Shown here one piece after another: positions 47,893 to 58,229 of a stretch of 64,000 nt of DNA. The DNA comes from Candidatus Parcubacteria bacterium (GTDB taxonomy: Bacteria; Patescibacteriota; Minisyncoccia; JACPXH01). The notes under the pieces were generated by a model. That model did no database searches, had not been told where the DNA came from, and saw only the letters and a program-made list of their open reading frames with translations. The position numbers and the translations under genes are program-made. Numbering within the stretch: position 1 is the stretch's first letter; each line of letters opens with the position of its first letter. The DNA lies in the NCBI GenBank assembly GCA_016196625.1, contig JACPXH010000004.1, positions 71,993 through 135,992 of the forward strand. Reading direction: 5' to 3'.

Positions 47893-48411
47893 TCAAAACT
47901 CAATGCCCCGGCGCGCGAGAAGGCCACTTCGATAGTAGTGCTTGACCTCGCGCACCTCGGAGACGAGATCAGCGATTGCAATAAGCTGCTTGGGCGCGTC
48001 GCGGCCAGTTACGATAATCTCGCGATTCTTTTTCACCCTTTTTAGAAACCGCACCACCTCGCCAACCGCCAAGAGTTTAAGCGCGAGCGCGTTGTTGAGT
48101 TCGTCAAAAATTACGATGTCTGCCTCTCGTTTTTGGAGCGCACGCTTGCCGCGTCGCCACGTCTCTTGTGCGGCTCTTCGATGAACTGAGCGCGGCAGCT
48201 TATCTCCCAAAATCCCCACAAACCCCTTGCCGCCTTTAATAATTCGAAATTTATCGCCAAAAACTTTCACCGCTTCATCCTCGCCAGACTTCCACGGCCC
48301 CTTGATAAACTGGAACATCAAAACCGCCCTCCCCTCACCGACCGCCCGCAACGCTTGCCCCAAGGCCGCGGTGGTTTTGCCTTTGCCGTGGCCGGTGAAA
48401 AGGTAGATCAT
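47893..48411 (-). CDS. cobO: ATP:cob(I)alamin adenosyltransferase (CobO/BtuR/PduO-unrelated CobA family)
   Basis: P-loop GHGKGKTTAALGQALRAVGEG and family homology. Confidence 0.75.
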   Translation of the reverse strand: MIYLFTGHGKGKTTAALGQALRAVGEGRAVLMFQFIKGPWKSGEDEAVKVFGDKFRIIKGGKGFVGILGDKLPRSVHRRAAQETWRRGKRALQKREADIVIFDELNNALALKLLAVGEVVRFLKRVKKNREIIVTGRDAPKQLIAIADLVSEVREVKHYYRSGLLARRGIEF

Positions 48412-49409
48412 CGAATCTCAAACGGTGCGGAGTAGAAAGCATCTCGAGGTTCTGAAGTACGAAAGATGGTGCGGTAAGTACCCCTTACAGCATCGGGAGC
48501 TGGTTTTTTGCCAACGCAACTGTATGTTCCCGAAACATCGCTCAGGTACGTCCCGTTAAATAAAAGCTCGGTATCAAGTTTGTCTACTACCATTTCACCC
48601 GGCTTGAGTTCCCGACTGGGAACAATAGTGAGAAGGTTTGGGAGACACGAACGCACTTGATGCCATGTACCAGTAGTTTCCTGCCATCGTTCCACCCAAC
48701 TCGAAAAAGGCGGCTTCAGTCTCGCGCTCGAACGACCACCATAGAGGAATAATTTTGAAGTGCTATTCGTGATAGTAATCTTTACGCTATCTCCGCGGGC
48801 ATAGCTTGGTTTATCTACGTCCACGCGTATCTCCCTTGCGGTCGGCTCAATGAATTTGAAGGTGGAGAGAATTTGATTGGGTTCATCAACACCCGGCGGA
48901 ATATAAAGATCAACCGCATAAACTCCCACTCGATCATCAAAGGGAACATAGATCGATATATGACTCGGATCATAAATGTACTTATCGCTTGCGCGTCCAG
49001 CAACAACTATATCCTCTCGGGCAACTTCTTGCGGCATTGCTTCTCTAATCGTTGATAACATCTTGTTTTGTATACTCAAGCCGAAGTACGTTTTTGCAAT
49101 CCCTGGATTATTGGGGGGATCAAGGATGATTGACTCTGGCGAATACTCCGCCAACCTCCAGTTTGCTGGATAGCTTAATTCAAACCCATACTGCTCATTG
49201 CGATAGGTTTTCCACGTCGAGGTGTCTGGTAACGTGGCGGCCTTCCGGGGGATCGGCTCGGTGGCAGCGCGTTCGGTCTCAAGGAACGCACGGTTGGTGT
49301 CAAGCAACGCACTCATCGAGAGCTGGGCCGCGATGATCGCGGCCAACCCGAACACCGCCCAGCAGGTGAGTGAGCCATATGTGCCCCAGAGCGAACGGAG
49401 GCGTTGCAT
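48408..49409 (-). CDS. Hypothetical membrane-anchored/secreted protein (lower GC)
   Basis: N-terminal TM segment. No known motif. Stop overlaps the cobO start. Confidence 0.45.
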   Translation of the reverse strand: MQRLRSLWGTYGSLTCWAVFGLAAIIAAQLSMSALLDTNRAFLETERAATEPIPRKAATLPDTSTWKTYRNEQYGFELSYPANWRLAEYSPESIILDPPNNPGIAKTYFGLSIQNKMLSTIREAMPQEVAREDIVVAGRASDKYIYDPSHISIYVPFDDRVGVYAVDLYIPPGVDEPNQILSTFKFIEPTAREIRVDVDKPSYARGDSVKITITNSTSKLFLYGGRSSARLKPPFSSWVERWQETTGTWHQVRSCLPNLLTIVPSRELKPGEMVVDKLDTELLFNGTYLSDVSGTYSCVGKKPAPDAVRGTYRTIFRTSEPRDAFYSAPFEIR

Positions 49410-49451
49410 GGCTTGATTCTACTCCTGCGGTTCACGCGGGGCAACGAATGA

Positions 49452-49485
49452 GCCGCCGCGCCTCAATGGGGGCGCGGCGGCTCGC
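49452..49485 (-). terminator. Strong hairpin (13-bp stem) downstream of nrdJ
   Basis: GAGCCGCCGCGCC-8 nt loop-GCGCGGCGGCUC. Confidence 0.4.
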
Positions 49486-49612
49486 TTCTCGATATATCTC
49501 TTGCTCGCAAAAGTTGCTTTTCCCCTCGGCTCGAAGCGTAACGGATCTACTGGTCTTAGGATTGCAGAGCTTGTCCCGAGCGCAGCGAGGGATCTCGCTC
49601 CTCGCACTAACG

Positions 49613-52405
49613 TTACGAGCACCCGCCCGATGCCTCCCCACACTGCAAACACGTCTTGCATGAACCCGTCTGGATCATCATACCCCCGCACAACCGACAA
49701 AGCGTGTCGGCATAGGTAACGCCCGCGGGCATAACGAGCGACGGGGCGCTCGGCAAAACTTTCGCCAACCGCACGCCAAGCGGCACGCCGACGGCTTCAG
49801 CCTTTGGTTCGGCGGAGTACGCCTCACTCTCGCTGCCATTGCCGTTACTCTTGGACGCCATGCCCAGCTCTTCTTGGTCTTCCTTGGCGAGAAACCGCAA
49901 GGCAAGATACCGGAAAATGTAATCAGTGATGGAGGTGGCGATGCGGATGTCCAAGTTTTCGGTAACGCCAGAGGGCTCGTAGCGACCATAGACAAACTTA
50001 CGCGCAAGCTCCTTCAAAGGCACGCCGTACTGCAACGCCATGGAGACCGTAATGGCAAAAGAACCCAAGAGCCCCGCGAGCGCGCCGCCATGCTTGGAGA
50101 TCTGAATGAAAATCTCGGCCGGCGCGCCGTCTTCGTACATGCTGTACGTCAGATACCCTTTGTGCCCCGCAATCACGAACCGGTGCGTCTCGGACTTGCG
50201 CGTGGGCGGCAGTTTTCGCCGCGTGGGACCCACCCCCAAAACAAGCTGCGTCGCAGGCTTGACGCCGGAGGCGGTCACCAGTGGTTGTGCTGCCTTGGAT
50301 CCGTCCCGATAGACCGCAAAACACTTGAGCCCCATCTTCCACGCCATGAGGTACGCTTCCATGATCTCGTCGGACGTGGTCTCGGCGGACATATTGAAGG
50401 TTTTCGAGAGCGAACCCGAAATGAACGGCTGCGCTGCCGCCACCAGGCGCACATGCCCCTGCCAAGAGATCGCACGCGTGCCGTTCGCAGGCTTGACCGC
50501 GCAGTCAAAAACAGCCAAGTGCTCGGCCTTGAGATCAGCCGCGCCCTCGATCGCGCCGGTCTCCTTGATGTGGGCAACGATCCGCTCAATAGCCCCTTCG
50601 CCGTACCCCAACCGCCGGAGCGCGGCAGGTACGCTCTGATTGACAAACTTCATCGTGCCCCCGCCCACGAGCTGCTTGGAGGTAACGAGCGCAAAGGCGG
50701 GCTCGACACCAGTCGTATCACAATCCATCATCAGGGCAATCGTGCCCGTGGGGGCAATCACCGTAACCTGTGAGTTGCGCACGCCGTGTTCGCGCGAAAG
50801 AGTCACCGCCTCGTCCCACGCCTGCTTGGCCGCCACCACCAGGTCTTCATCGTTAATGAGTTCCACCGGCACTCCCGCCAGCGCATCCCGATGTTTTTCA
50901 ACCACCCTGAGTTGCGGCTCGCGGTTCATCCGGTACCCGTCATAGGGGCCCATGGCCGCGGCTATCTCGGCCGAATACCGATACGCTTCGGCGCACATGA
51001 AAGAGGTGATCGCTCCGGCCAACGCGCAGGCTGGCCCCGAGTCATAGGGTAGCCCGAGCGTCATGAGCAGCGCACCCAAGTTGGCGTAGCCTAAACCGAG
51101 TTGCCGAAAGGCTTTCGCGTTCTTGGTGATTTCGGGCGTCGGGTAGCTCGAGCCATCCACAATAATGTCTTGAGCCAGAATCATCACTTGGACCGTATGC
51201 CGAAACGCTTCCACTGCAAAAGTACCGTCCTCATTCAAAAACTTGATCAGGTTGATCGAAGCCAAGTTGCAGGCGGAATTATCAAGACTCATATACTCAC
51301 TGCACGGATTCGACGCGGTAATCGGGCCGGTATTGGGGCAGGTGTGCCAATCATTGATGGTGGTGTCAAACTGCATGCCGGGGTCCCCGCATTCCCACGC
51401 CGCTTGGGCGACCATTGTGAGCAGATCCCGCGCGCGATACTCGTCTGCCACTTCACCAGTCTGAACGAGTCGCGTCTGCCACCGCCCATCCATCTCAACC
51501 GCCTGCATGAAGCTGTCCGGCACGCGCACGGAGTTGTTCGCATTCTGGTACTGAATGGACTTCCACCCTTCGTTGTTGATGTCTGTCATGTCGTAGCCGC
51601 CAGCCATTAGCGCCCGCACCTTGCGCTCCTCTTCAGCCTTGCAGCGGATAAATTCAACGATGTCCGGATGCTCAACATTGAGCACCACCATCTTGGCCGC
51701 CCGCCGGGTGGCGCCACCCGAGGCAATCATGCCCGCAACCGCGTCGGCCCCGCACATGAATGAGACCGGGCCCGAAGCGTGCCCGCCCTTGGACAGGCCC
51801 TCGCGGCTCGAGCGCAAAGTCGAGAGGTTAATGCCCGCACCCGAACCTCCCTTGAAAATCATCCCTTCGGTGCGAATCCAATCGAGAATGGAAGTCATCG
51901 TATCTTCCACTTTAAGGATGAAACAAGCCGAGGACTGCGGCCGAGCTTCAATGCCAACATTAAACCAGACGGGGCTGTTGAAAGCGGCCCGCTGCATGAC
52001 CAAAATGTGACTCAATTCTCCTTCAAAAATGTCGGCGTCCGTATTGGTCGCAAAATACCCTAATTCCTCACCCCAACCGCGGATAGTCTTGGCCACGCGG
52101 CCTACCATCTGCCGGACGCTCGTCTCGCGCTCGGGCGTGCCGCGCTTGCCGCGAAAATACTTGGCCGCGGTAATGTTCGCGCTGTTTTGAGACCAGAAGT
52201 CCGGAAACTCCAAGCCGGTATCCTCCAACACCGTGCCTTGGCTGTGCACTTTGACGGTACGCCGATCCCACGCCACCTCATCGAATGGGTGACGGCCTTC
52301 GTTCGTAAAAAACCGCTTGAGGGCAAGGCCACGGCCCTTCCCTGAAAGAGCTGCAACGTCTGGGGGGCGTTTCGCCTGGATCGCCCCGGGGTGATAAGGA
52401 GTCAT
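49613..52405 (-). CDS. nrdJ: Class II adenosylcobalamin-dependent ribonucleotide reductase
   Basis: NrdJ homology throughout, including a C-terminal Cys-rich zinc finger (CRLCGG...CKTCLQCGE). ATG at 52405 preferred over the TTG at 52501. Confidence 0.85.
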   Translation of the reverse strand: MTPYHPGAIQAKRPPDVAALSGKGRGLALKRFFTNEGRHPFDEVAWDRRTVKVHSQGTVLEDTGLEFPDFWSQNSANITAAKYFRGKRGTPERETSVRQMVGRVAKTIRGWGEELGYFATNTDADIFEGELSHILVMQRAAFNSPVWFNVGIEARPQSSACFILKVEDTMTSILDWIRTEGMIFKGGSGAGINLSTLRSSREGLSKGGHASGPVSFMCGADAVAGMIASGGATRRAAKMVVLNVEHPDIVEFIRCKAEEERKVRALMAGGYDMTDINNEGWKSIQYQNANNSVRVPDSFMQAVEMDGRWQTRLVQTGEVADEYRARDLLTMVAQAAWECGDPGMQFDTTINDWHTCPNTGPITASNPCSEYMSLDNSACNLASINLIKFLNEDGTFAVEAFRHTVQVMILAQDIIVDGSSYPTPEITKNAKAFRQLGLGYANLGALLMTLGLPYDSGPACALAGAITSFMCAEAYRYSAEIAAAMGPYDGYRMNREPQLRVVEKHRDALAGVPVELINDEDLVVAAKQAWDEAVTLSREHGVRNSQVTVIAPTGTIALMMDCDTTGVEPAFALVTSKQLVGGGTMKFVNQSVPAALRRLGYGEGAIERIVAHIKETGAIEGAADLKAEHLAVFDCAVKPANGTRAISWQGHVRLVAAAQPFISGSLSKTFNMSAETTSDEIMEAYLMAWKMGLKCFAVYRDGSKAAQPLVTASGVKPATQLVLGVGPTRRKLPPTRKSETHRFVIAGHKGYLTYSMYEDGAPAEIFIQISKHGGALAGLLGSFAITVSMALQYGVPLKELARKFVYGRYEPSGVTENLDIRIATSITDYIFRYLALRFLAKEDQEELGMASKSNGNGSESEAYSAEPKAEAVGVPLGVRLAKVLPSAPSLVMPAGVTYADTLCRLCGGMMIQTGSCKTCLQCGEASGGCS

Positions 52406-52547
52406 CGTCAGGTGAAAAATTACACTTGGTGCCTCAATTCTAGCACCGCAAAACCGGGGGTCAAAAAATCGTCGTCTCGGTGTTAAAAGTTCTGCCGCCA
52501 AGCCAAAAAGATAGAACCGGCGTAGTGGTTATCCACACGCGGGCTGC

Positions 52548-52584
52548 GCCAGAAAACAGCGCAGCGCGGCCCGGGGCCGCGCTG
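52548..52584 (-). terminator. Intrinsic terminator of ftsZ
   Basis: CAGCGCGGCC-loop-GGCCGCGCUG then CGCUGUUUUCUGG, 24 nt after the ftsZ stop. Confidence 0.5.
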
Positions 52585-52607
52585 CTTATCCAACCCCAAG
52601 TCAAAAG

Positions 52608-53777
52608 TCACTTCATCTTCCGCCGAATGAAAGCGGGAATATCCCACTCTTCATCGCTCACCGAGGTAACTTCGGGCGAAAACTCCCCACCCTGCGCCTG
52701 CGCTGAAGCTACGGCGGCCACTGGCACCGGCTTTTTCTCCACTGACTTGACCCCCACGGAAAACGCTTTCGGCTCTTCACGCCGGAAAATGTCAGAGACA
52801 GCCTCGGGCCGTTCGACCGACACAGGACTGAAGCCGGTTGCGACCACGGTCACCTTGATCTCACCCTTCTTCATCTTTGAATCTTCCACGGCGCCGAAAA
52901 TCACCTTGGCGTCCCGGTCAATGGATTCAGTAATCACCTTGGCGGCATCATTGATTTCTGCCATGGTGAGGTCTGCCCCGCCGGTTACGTTAAAAAGCAC
53001 CCCGCGGGCGCCGTCAATGGAAATATCCAAGAGGGGGGAATTGATGGCCGCCTGTGCCGCCTGCACCGCGCGATCTTCGCCCATGGCCCGGCCCACGCCC
53101 ATGAGGGCCGAACCGGTGTTTTGCATAATGGTACGCACATCGGCAAAGTCCACGTTGACGATCCCGGGCATCGTGATCAAATCCGAAATCCCCTGCACGC
53201 CTTGACGCAGCACCTCGTCGCACACCCAGAAAGCGTTCGTGAGCGTGGTCTTGCGATCAATGATGTGCAGGAGTTTGTCGTTTGAAATCGTGATAATCGC
53301 GTCCACCTTCTCACGCAAGGTGTTCCACGCCTCGTCAGCGATGCGCGCGCGCTGCACGCCTTCGAATGAAAACGGTTTCGTGACTACGGCCACCGTCAGC
53401 GCCCCCGCATCTTTCGCGACTTCGGCGATGACGGGTGCGGCCCCCGATGCGGTCCCGCCACCTAACCCGGCCACAACAAACACCATGTCTGCTCCTCGCA
53501 GCACGTCTTGAATTTCGTCTTTGGTTTCCTCCGCTGCTTGCCGCCCCACGTCGGGTACCATGCCTGCGCCCAAACCCTTCGTAAGGTTTTTACCAATGTG
53601 AATTTTGATGGGCGCGTTCGTATGATGCAGCTGCTGGGCGTCAGTATTGATCGCGATGAAGTCAACCCCCTTGATGGCACACTGCATCATGCGGGCAACC
53701 GCGTTGTTGCCAGACCCCCCCGGGCCGACCACCTTGATGCGCGCGAATGTCTCAATTTCCGGCTTGATTTGAGGCAT
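52608..53777 (-). CDS. ftsZ: Cell division GTPase FtsZ
   Basis: GGGTGSG tubulin signature and full homology. Confidence 0.95.
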   Translation of the reverse strand: MPQIKPEIETFARIKVVGPGGSGNNAVARMMQCAIKGVDFIAINTDAQQLHHTNAPIKIHIGKNLTKGLGAGMVPDVGRQAAEETKDEIQDVLRGADMVFVVAGLGGGTASGAAPVIAEVAKDAGALTVAVVTKPFSFEGVQRARIADEAWNTLREKVDAIITISNDKLLHIIDRKTTLTNAFWVCDEVLRQGVQGISDLITMPGIVNVDFADVRTIMQNTGSALMGVGRAMGEDRAVQAAQAAINSPLLDISIDGARGVLFNVTGGADLTMAEINDAAKVITESIDRDAKVIFGAVEDSKMKKGEIKVTVVATGFSPVSVERPEAVSDIFRREEPKAFSVGVKSVEKKPVPVAAVASAQAQGGEFSPEVTSVSDEEWDIPAFIRRKMK

Positions 53778-53859
53778 AGACGAAAGTTGGCTCTAGCACT
53801 TATACAAATGTCCTCCCGGCCCAGTCAAAACTGGTGTGCTCATAGTATAGCCACCGCGA

Positions 53860-53895
53860 ATTTTTTTGCAAGCCCCGTACCACAACGAGGAATGA
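53860..53895 (-). promoter_or_regulatory. Putative sigma70-type ftsZ promoter inside the ftsA-ftsZ spacer
   Basis: TTGCAA-16 nt-TATACT with an upstream TGG (extended -10 like). Confidence 0.3.
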
Positions 53896-54012
53896 CCGCC
53901 TCGGCGGCAGATGGATGAGACAGCTCGGTGCATCGTCCTCGGTATTCTGGGGACACGTCTCCGGGGACGTCTAAGCGTTCAAACTTTCTCGTTGTGGTGC
54001 GGGGCAAACCGG

Positions 54013-55269
54013 CTAGGGAAGAAAGTTTTTAAGGAATCTCCGGAATGCCCCGTAGGCGTTGTTAAATGAAGTGAGCGTCCCCAATCCCAACCGACGGCTA
54101 AACCCCCCTTGGAGTCGCGCCTCTTCGCCCCACAGCGTAAGCCCAACCGCAGACGCAAACATAGGGTCATCCACCTGATCCGAAAGTCCGTCGAACTCCG
54201 TCGGGAACCCCAATTGCACGGGGAGACGCAGCCGCTTTTTTGCAAGATCCACGAGCCCTGGGATTTTTGCGCCTCCGCCCACCAAGACCGCTCCGGCCGG
54301 CAGCTGCCCGTCGCGGCCAATACGCTTCAACTCCTTAACCACCAAATCGAACATCTCGCTCACTCGCGCTTCAATGATTTCGGCCACCATCCGGCGCGGC
54401 ACCGCAACTCCGCGCTCCAAGGGCGAAAACTGTTCCAATTCAACCAGCTCTTTCTTTGAAAATTCCTCAGGAAAACAAGTGCCGTAACTTATTTTCACCT
54501 GCTCGGCCACATCGATGCCGGTCCGCAAGCCGATGGCGATGTCATTGGTGATGTGAGCCGCGCCAACCGGCAAAACGGCAGCGCTCAAGAGCTTCCCCTC
54601 CTCGAAGACGCCGCATGAAACCGTCCCGCCGCCGATATCAATGGCGAGCACGCCGAGCTCTTTCTGGCGTTTATGCAACACGGCTTGGGCGGCCGCCAAT
54701 ACGTCCAGGACAAACCCCTCCGGCATGACCTCGGCGTAAGCAAAGGCTTTTTGCATGTTCTTAAGGTAGGGACTGGAGGCGTGAATGAGAAGCGCGTCAA
54801 CCTCAAGTCTAACTCCTGTCATGCTAATGGGGTCGGGAATCCCGCCCTCGCCATCGACGAAGTACTCTCTGGGGATCACGTGGATTACCTCACGGTTTGA
54901 AGGCAGCGAGACCGCCTGTGCGGCAGCGAGCACTCTTCCGACGTCCTCGGTCGAAATCTCGCCGTCGGCACGCGAGACCACAATCACTCCCCGCGAAGGC
55001 TGCGAGCCGATGTGGACGCCACCGATGCTCACAAAAGCCTGGGTAACCTTAACTCCGGCCATCCGTTCGGCAATCGCCACAGATTGACGGATGGAACGCC
55101 CCGCCTCCTCGGCGTCCACCACCGCTCCACGCCGGAACCCTTGCGAGGGCGCCACCCCAACTCCAATGACCCGCATTTTGCCGCCCGGTTCAGCCGGCTC
55201 TGCGGCAATCACGGTCTGGACCGTGGAGGATCCGCAGTCAATGCCCACGATGTGTTGAGGCCGCGCCAT
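54013..55269 (-). CDS. ftsA: Cell division protein FtsA
   Basis: Actin-like ATPase homology (IVGIDCGSS...DIGGGT). Confidence 0.9.
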   Translation of the reverse strand: MARPQHIVGIDCGSSTVQTVIAAEPAEPGGKMRVIGVGVAPSQGFRRGAVVDAEEAGRSIRQSVAIAERMAGVKVTQAFVSIGGVHIGSQPSRGVIVVSRADGEISTEDVGRVLAAAQAVSLPSNREVIHVIPREYFVDGEGGIPDPISMTGVRLEVDALLIHASSPYLKNMQKAFAYAEVMPEGFVLDVLAAAQAVLHKRQKELGVLAIDIGGGTVSCGVFEEGKLLSAAVLPVGAAHITNDIAIGLRTGIDVAEQVKISYGTCFPEEFSKKELVELEQFSPLERGVAVPRRMVAEIIEARVSEMFDLVVKELKRIGRDGQLPAGAVLVGGGAKIPGLVDLAKKRLRLPVQLGFPTEFDGLSDQVDDPMFASAVGLTLWGEEARLQGGFSRRLGLGTLTSFNNAYGAFRRFLKNFLP

Positions 55270-55726
55270 GTCTCTGAATCAATAAAAGCTCCATTATGTG
55301 CTGCTGGGCGTTCGTCATCGCCTGTGCGGTACGCTTGCTTTTTTCGTGGTCAAAACCGGCGAGGTGCAAGAACCCATGAACGGCAAGACGCACCAGCTCT
55401 ATTTCCAAAGTCACACCGTGCTCGCGAGCTTGGCGTCTGGCCACGGGCACCGCTATCACGATCTCCCCCGCAATTCTCTCCTGCCGGGGCGTATTGAAGT
55501 CGGGTGCCGCAGGAAATGCGAGGACGTCGGTGGGTTTGTCCACGCCCCGCCAGCGCCGGTTGAGCCGCTGCATGCGCGCTTCGCCCACCAACGCCACGCT
55601 CACCCGTACCGCCCGAATCTTCCGGCCGCAGTACGCCCGACTCAACCTTAATGCTAACGCCAGCCTTTGGGGCGAAATCCGCGTGCGTGTAAAGTTTAAA
55701 ATGTCAAAATCAGAAGAGTCTCCCAT
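55238..55726 (-). CDS. ybeY: rRNA maturation endoribonuclease YbeY
   Basis: HGFLHLAGFDH motif. Confidence 0.8.
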   Translation of the reverse strand: MGDSSDFDILNFTRTRISPQRLALALRLSRAYCGRKIRAVRVSVALVGEARMQRLNRRWRGVDKPTDVLAFPAAPDFNTPRQERIAGEIVIAVPVARRQAREHGVTLEIELVRLAVHGFLHLAGFDHEKSKRTAQAMTNAQQHIMELLLIQRHGAASTHRGH

Positions 55727-55782
55727 CGCTTCAGCCCTAAAGGGCGAGCCTCCGAGACCGGACGGTCGGACTAGGTCGGGCT

Positions 55783-56238
55783 TTAGCCGGAGAGCAACTT
55801 CCGAACCAACTCGGCCGCCACGCCCCCGTCGGCCCGCCCGGCAATGCGGGGCCGCAACGCCACCATGACCTTGCCCAAATCTTTGGCTGACGTTGCCGAC
55901 GTCTCGGTAATAGCTGCCCTTACCAACTGCTCCAGCGCGCCCGCGTCGAGCGGCTCGGGCAGGTAGTGGTAGAGTATGGCGAGTTCAGCCCGTTCCTGCT
56001 CAACCAAATCAGCCCGCCCGCCTTTCTCGTAGGCCCCGATTGATTCCTTGCGGCGCTTGGCCTCACGGGCGACAACGTCTAGCACCCCTCCCTCCTCGAG
56101 GCCGGACTGCTGCTTCCCTTTGGCGATTTCCTCGTTGTGCACCGCAGCGGCCAAAAGCCGCAACACCGAAACTACGGCTTTGTCCTGACGCCGGAGCGCA
56201 GCCTCAAGGTCTTTCTGGATCCGATCTTTAAGGTTCAT
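55783..56238 (-). CDS. GatB/YqeY-domain protein
   Basis: YqeY family homology. Confidence 0.7.
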   Translation of the reverse strand: MNLKDRIQKDLEAALRRQDKAVVSVLRLLAAAVHNEEIAKGKQQSGLEEGGVLDVVAREAKRRKESIGAYEKGGRADLVEQERAELAILYHYLPEPLDAGALEQLVRAAITETSATSAKDLGKVMVALRPRIAGRADGGVAAELVRKLLSG

Positions 56239-56480
56239 CGCCGTAAAGGTCCCGCGGTCTCTTCAGTCAGTAACCCCAACTTGCGCAGCCGTTCTCGCTC
56301 GGCCTTGATCCGTTCGCGGTGGAGCGCCGAGAGACGCCGCTCTCGTTTGGTCCGTTCTGACGCATAGAAGCGCACCTTGCGGGCCCTAATAAGAATCCCC
56401 GATTGCTGCACCCGACGCGTAAAGCGCCGAAGGAGACTTCCGGTTGTTTCTCGCTCTTTCCTTTTTACTTCAACGGCCAC
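56235..56480 (-). CDS. rpsU: 30S ribosomal protein S21
   Basis: MAVEVKRKERETTGSLLRRFTRRVQQSGIL is the S21 family sequence. Confidence 0.8.
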   Translation of the reverse strand: MAVEVKRKERETTGSLLRRFTRRVQQSGILIRARKVRFYASERTKRERRLSALHRERIKAERERLRKLGLLTEETAGPLRR

Positions 56481-56511
56481 AGAAAAAACTTAAAATGAGA
56501 AGCTTAAAAAT

Positions 56512-56859
56512 TTATTCTTGGTCCTGACTCCACCCGCCCAACAGATGCAGGTGCACGTGATCAATGATCTGCCCACCCTTGCGGCCAGCATTGAAAACCA
56601 ACTTGTAACCGTCTTTGATGCCTGCGTCCGCCGCCGCCAGATTTGCCGCGAGTATGAGCTCACCCGCTAGAGCGCGCTCGGCAGTGCCGAAATCAACAAC
56701 CGAAGGGATGTGGCGTTTGGGCACAATTAAGAGGTGCACAGGCGCACTCGGTCGGATATCGTCGAAAACCATCAGAACATCGTCCTCATACCGGAATGTT
56801 TTCGGCACCTCATGAGCCGCAATCCGGCAAAAGATGCAATCGGATCGATCAGGTTTCAT
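56512..56859 (-). CDS. HIT-family (histidine triad) protein
   Basis: HVHLHLLGG motif. Confidence 0.8.
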   Translation of the reverse strand: MKPDRSDCIFCRIAAHEVPKTFRYEDDVLMVFDDIRPSAPVHLLIVPKRHIPSVVDFGTAERALAGELILAANLAAADAGIKDGYKLVFNAGRKGGQIIDHVHLHLLGGWSQDQE

Positions 56860-58219
56860 CGTGGTCAGTGGTCGCCAGCGGAGGGCGGACCATCCCGGCC
56901 GGACGAGAAGCGGCCAGCCGACGCTTCGTCTCGGCCACCACCTTCTCCAAGGCCACCAGTTCCTGCATGCCGGAATTCATCTCGCGGATGATGACAGTGC
57001 CGTCAAGCGTCTCCTTCTGGCCCATGATGAGAGTAAATTCAACTCCGAGACGCGCGGCTGACCGAAACTGAGATTTGATAGACTCCCGCCCCAAGCTTTC
57101 TGCCACCGCGACCCCTGCTTTCCGAAAATCCTCAAGGAGCTTGAGAGATTTTTTCTTTGCAAGTTCCCCTAACTGGGCGAGGAACACCCGGGGGCGATTC
57201 CGCTCTGGGATGCGTACCTCGCGCACTTGCATGAGCTCTACCCAGCGCTCCATGCCGCAGGCCGCCCCCACCGCCGGGGTGGGTTTGCCACCAAGCAGCT
57301 CAACAAGGCCATCATAGCGGCCGCCTCCGCCCAACGCAAGCGCAGCCGATCCGGTGGCATCGCCCGGTGTTACTCCGGACTCCTCCGGAAAAATCTCAAA
57401 GACAGTCCGGGTGTAGTAATCAAGCCCCCGCACGAGGAACGGATCCAAGTAGTACGACACGTTCAGCTCATCGAGAAACTCGAGCACGGCTTTAAAGTGG
57501 CCGTGGCAACCCGAACAGAGATGATCGACCCCGTGCGGAGCCGTCTGGCGCAGTTCGGTACAGGTCTCTTCTTTGCAGTCAAGGAGACGGAGCACGCTGG
57601 TCTTGATGCGACTGCGACAATCCTTGCAGAGCTTGACCACCTTCGGCCGGTAGTGCTGCACGAGCGCTTTCCGGTAGGCAGCCCGGCATTCGGGGCAACC
57701 AATAGAGTTAATCTTCAACATCAAGTTCTTTAGTCCCACCTCGGCCGCGACCACGGTGATGAGCTGCATGATTTGGGCGTCAATGACCGGATCGGCCTCG
57801 CCGATCACCTCAAAACCAAATTGCCACAGCTGCCGATAGCGGCCGCGCTGGGGATTCTCGTGACGGAACATGGGACCAAGATAGTAAAGCTTGACCGGTT
57901 GCGGCCAACTCACCATGCCCCGCTCGAGATACGCTCGCACCACCCCGGCCGTACCTTCCGGCCGCAGCGTGAGATCGTCTCCGCCTTTCGTCTTAAACGA
58001 ATACATCTCCTTGGAAACGATATCAGTGTCCGCCCCGACCGACCGGACAAAAAGCTCGGTGGCTTCCACGATCGGAGTATCAATCCGCTCAAAGCTATAG
58101 AACGCCGCCACTTCGCGGACCGCCCGCCGGATACGCTCCCAGTGTTTCTGGTCTGCCGGCAAAATGTCATGCATGCCCCTAGGGGCTTGCAGGACAAATG
58201 TTTTCCCTTTGTTGATCAT
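56849..58219 (-). CDS. hisS: Histidine--tRNA ligase
   Basis: Class II aaRS motifs and HisRS homology. Confidence 0.9.
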   Translation of the reverse strand: MINKGKTFVLQAPRGMHDILPADQKHWERIRRAVREVAAFYSFERIDTPIVEATELFVRSVGADTDIVSKEMYSFKTKGGDDLTLRPEGTAGVVRAYLERGMVSWPQPVKLYYLGPMFRHENPQRGRYRQLWQFGFEVIGEADPVIDAQIMQLITVVAAEVGLKNLMLKINSIGCPECRAAYRKALVQHYRPKVVKLCKDCRSRIKTSVLRLLDCKEETCTELRQTAPHGVDHLCSGCHGHFKAVLEFLDELNVSYYLDPFLVRGLDYYTRTVFEIFPEESGVTPGDATGSAALALGGGGRYDGLVELLGGKPTPAVGAACGMERWVELMQVREVRIPERNRPRVFLAQLGELAKKKSLKLLEDFRKAGVAVAESLGRESIKSQFRSAARLGVEFTLIMGQKETLDGTVIIREMNSGMQELVALEKVVAETKRRLAASRPAGMVRPPLATTDHDET

Positions 58220-58229
58220 TCGGGTGTGG

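Noticed and set aside
52406-52607. Possible cobalamin riboswitch in the nrdJ leader
   Set aside because: No B12-box (GCCACTG-like) or conserved riboswitch core could be found by eye. Cobalamin riboswitches normally control B12-independent isozymes or transporters, not nrdJ.
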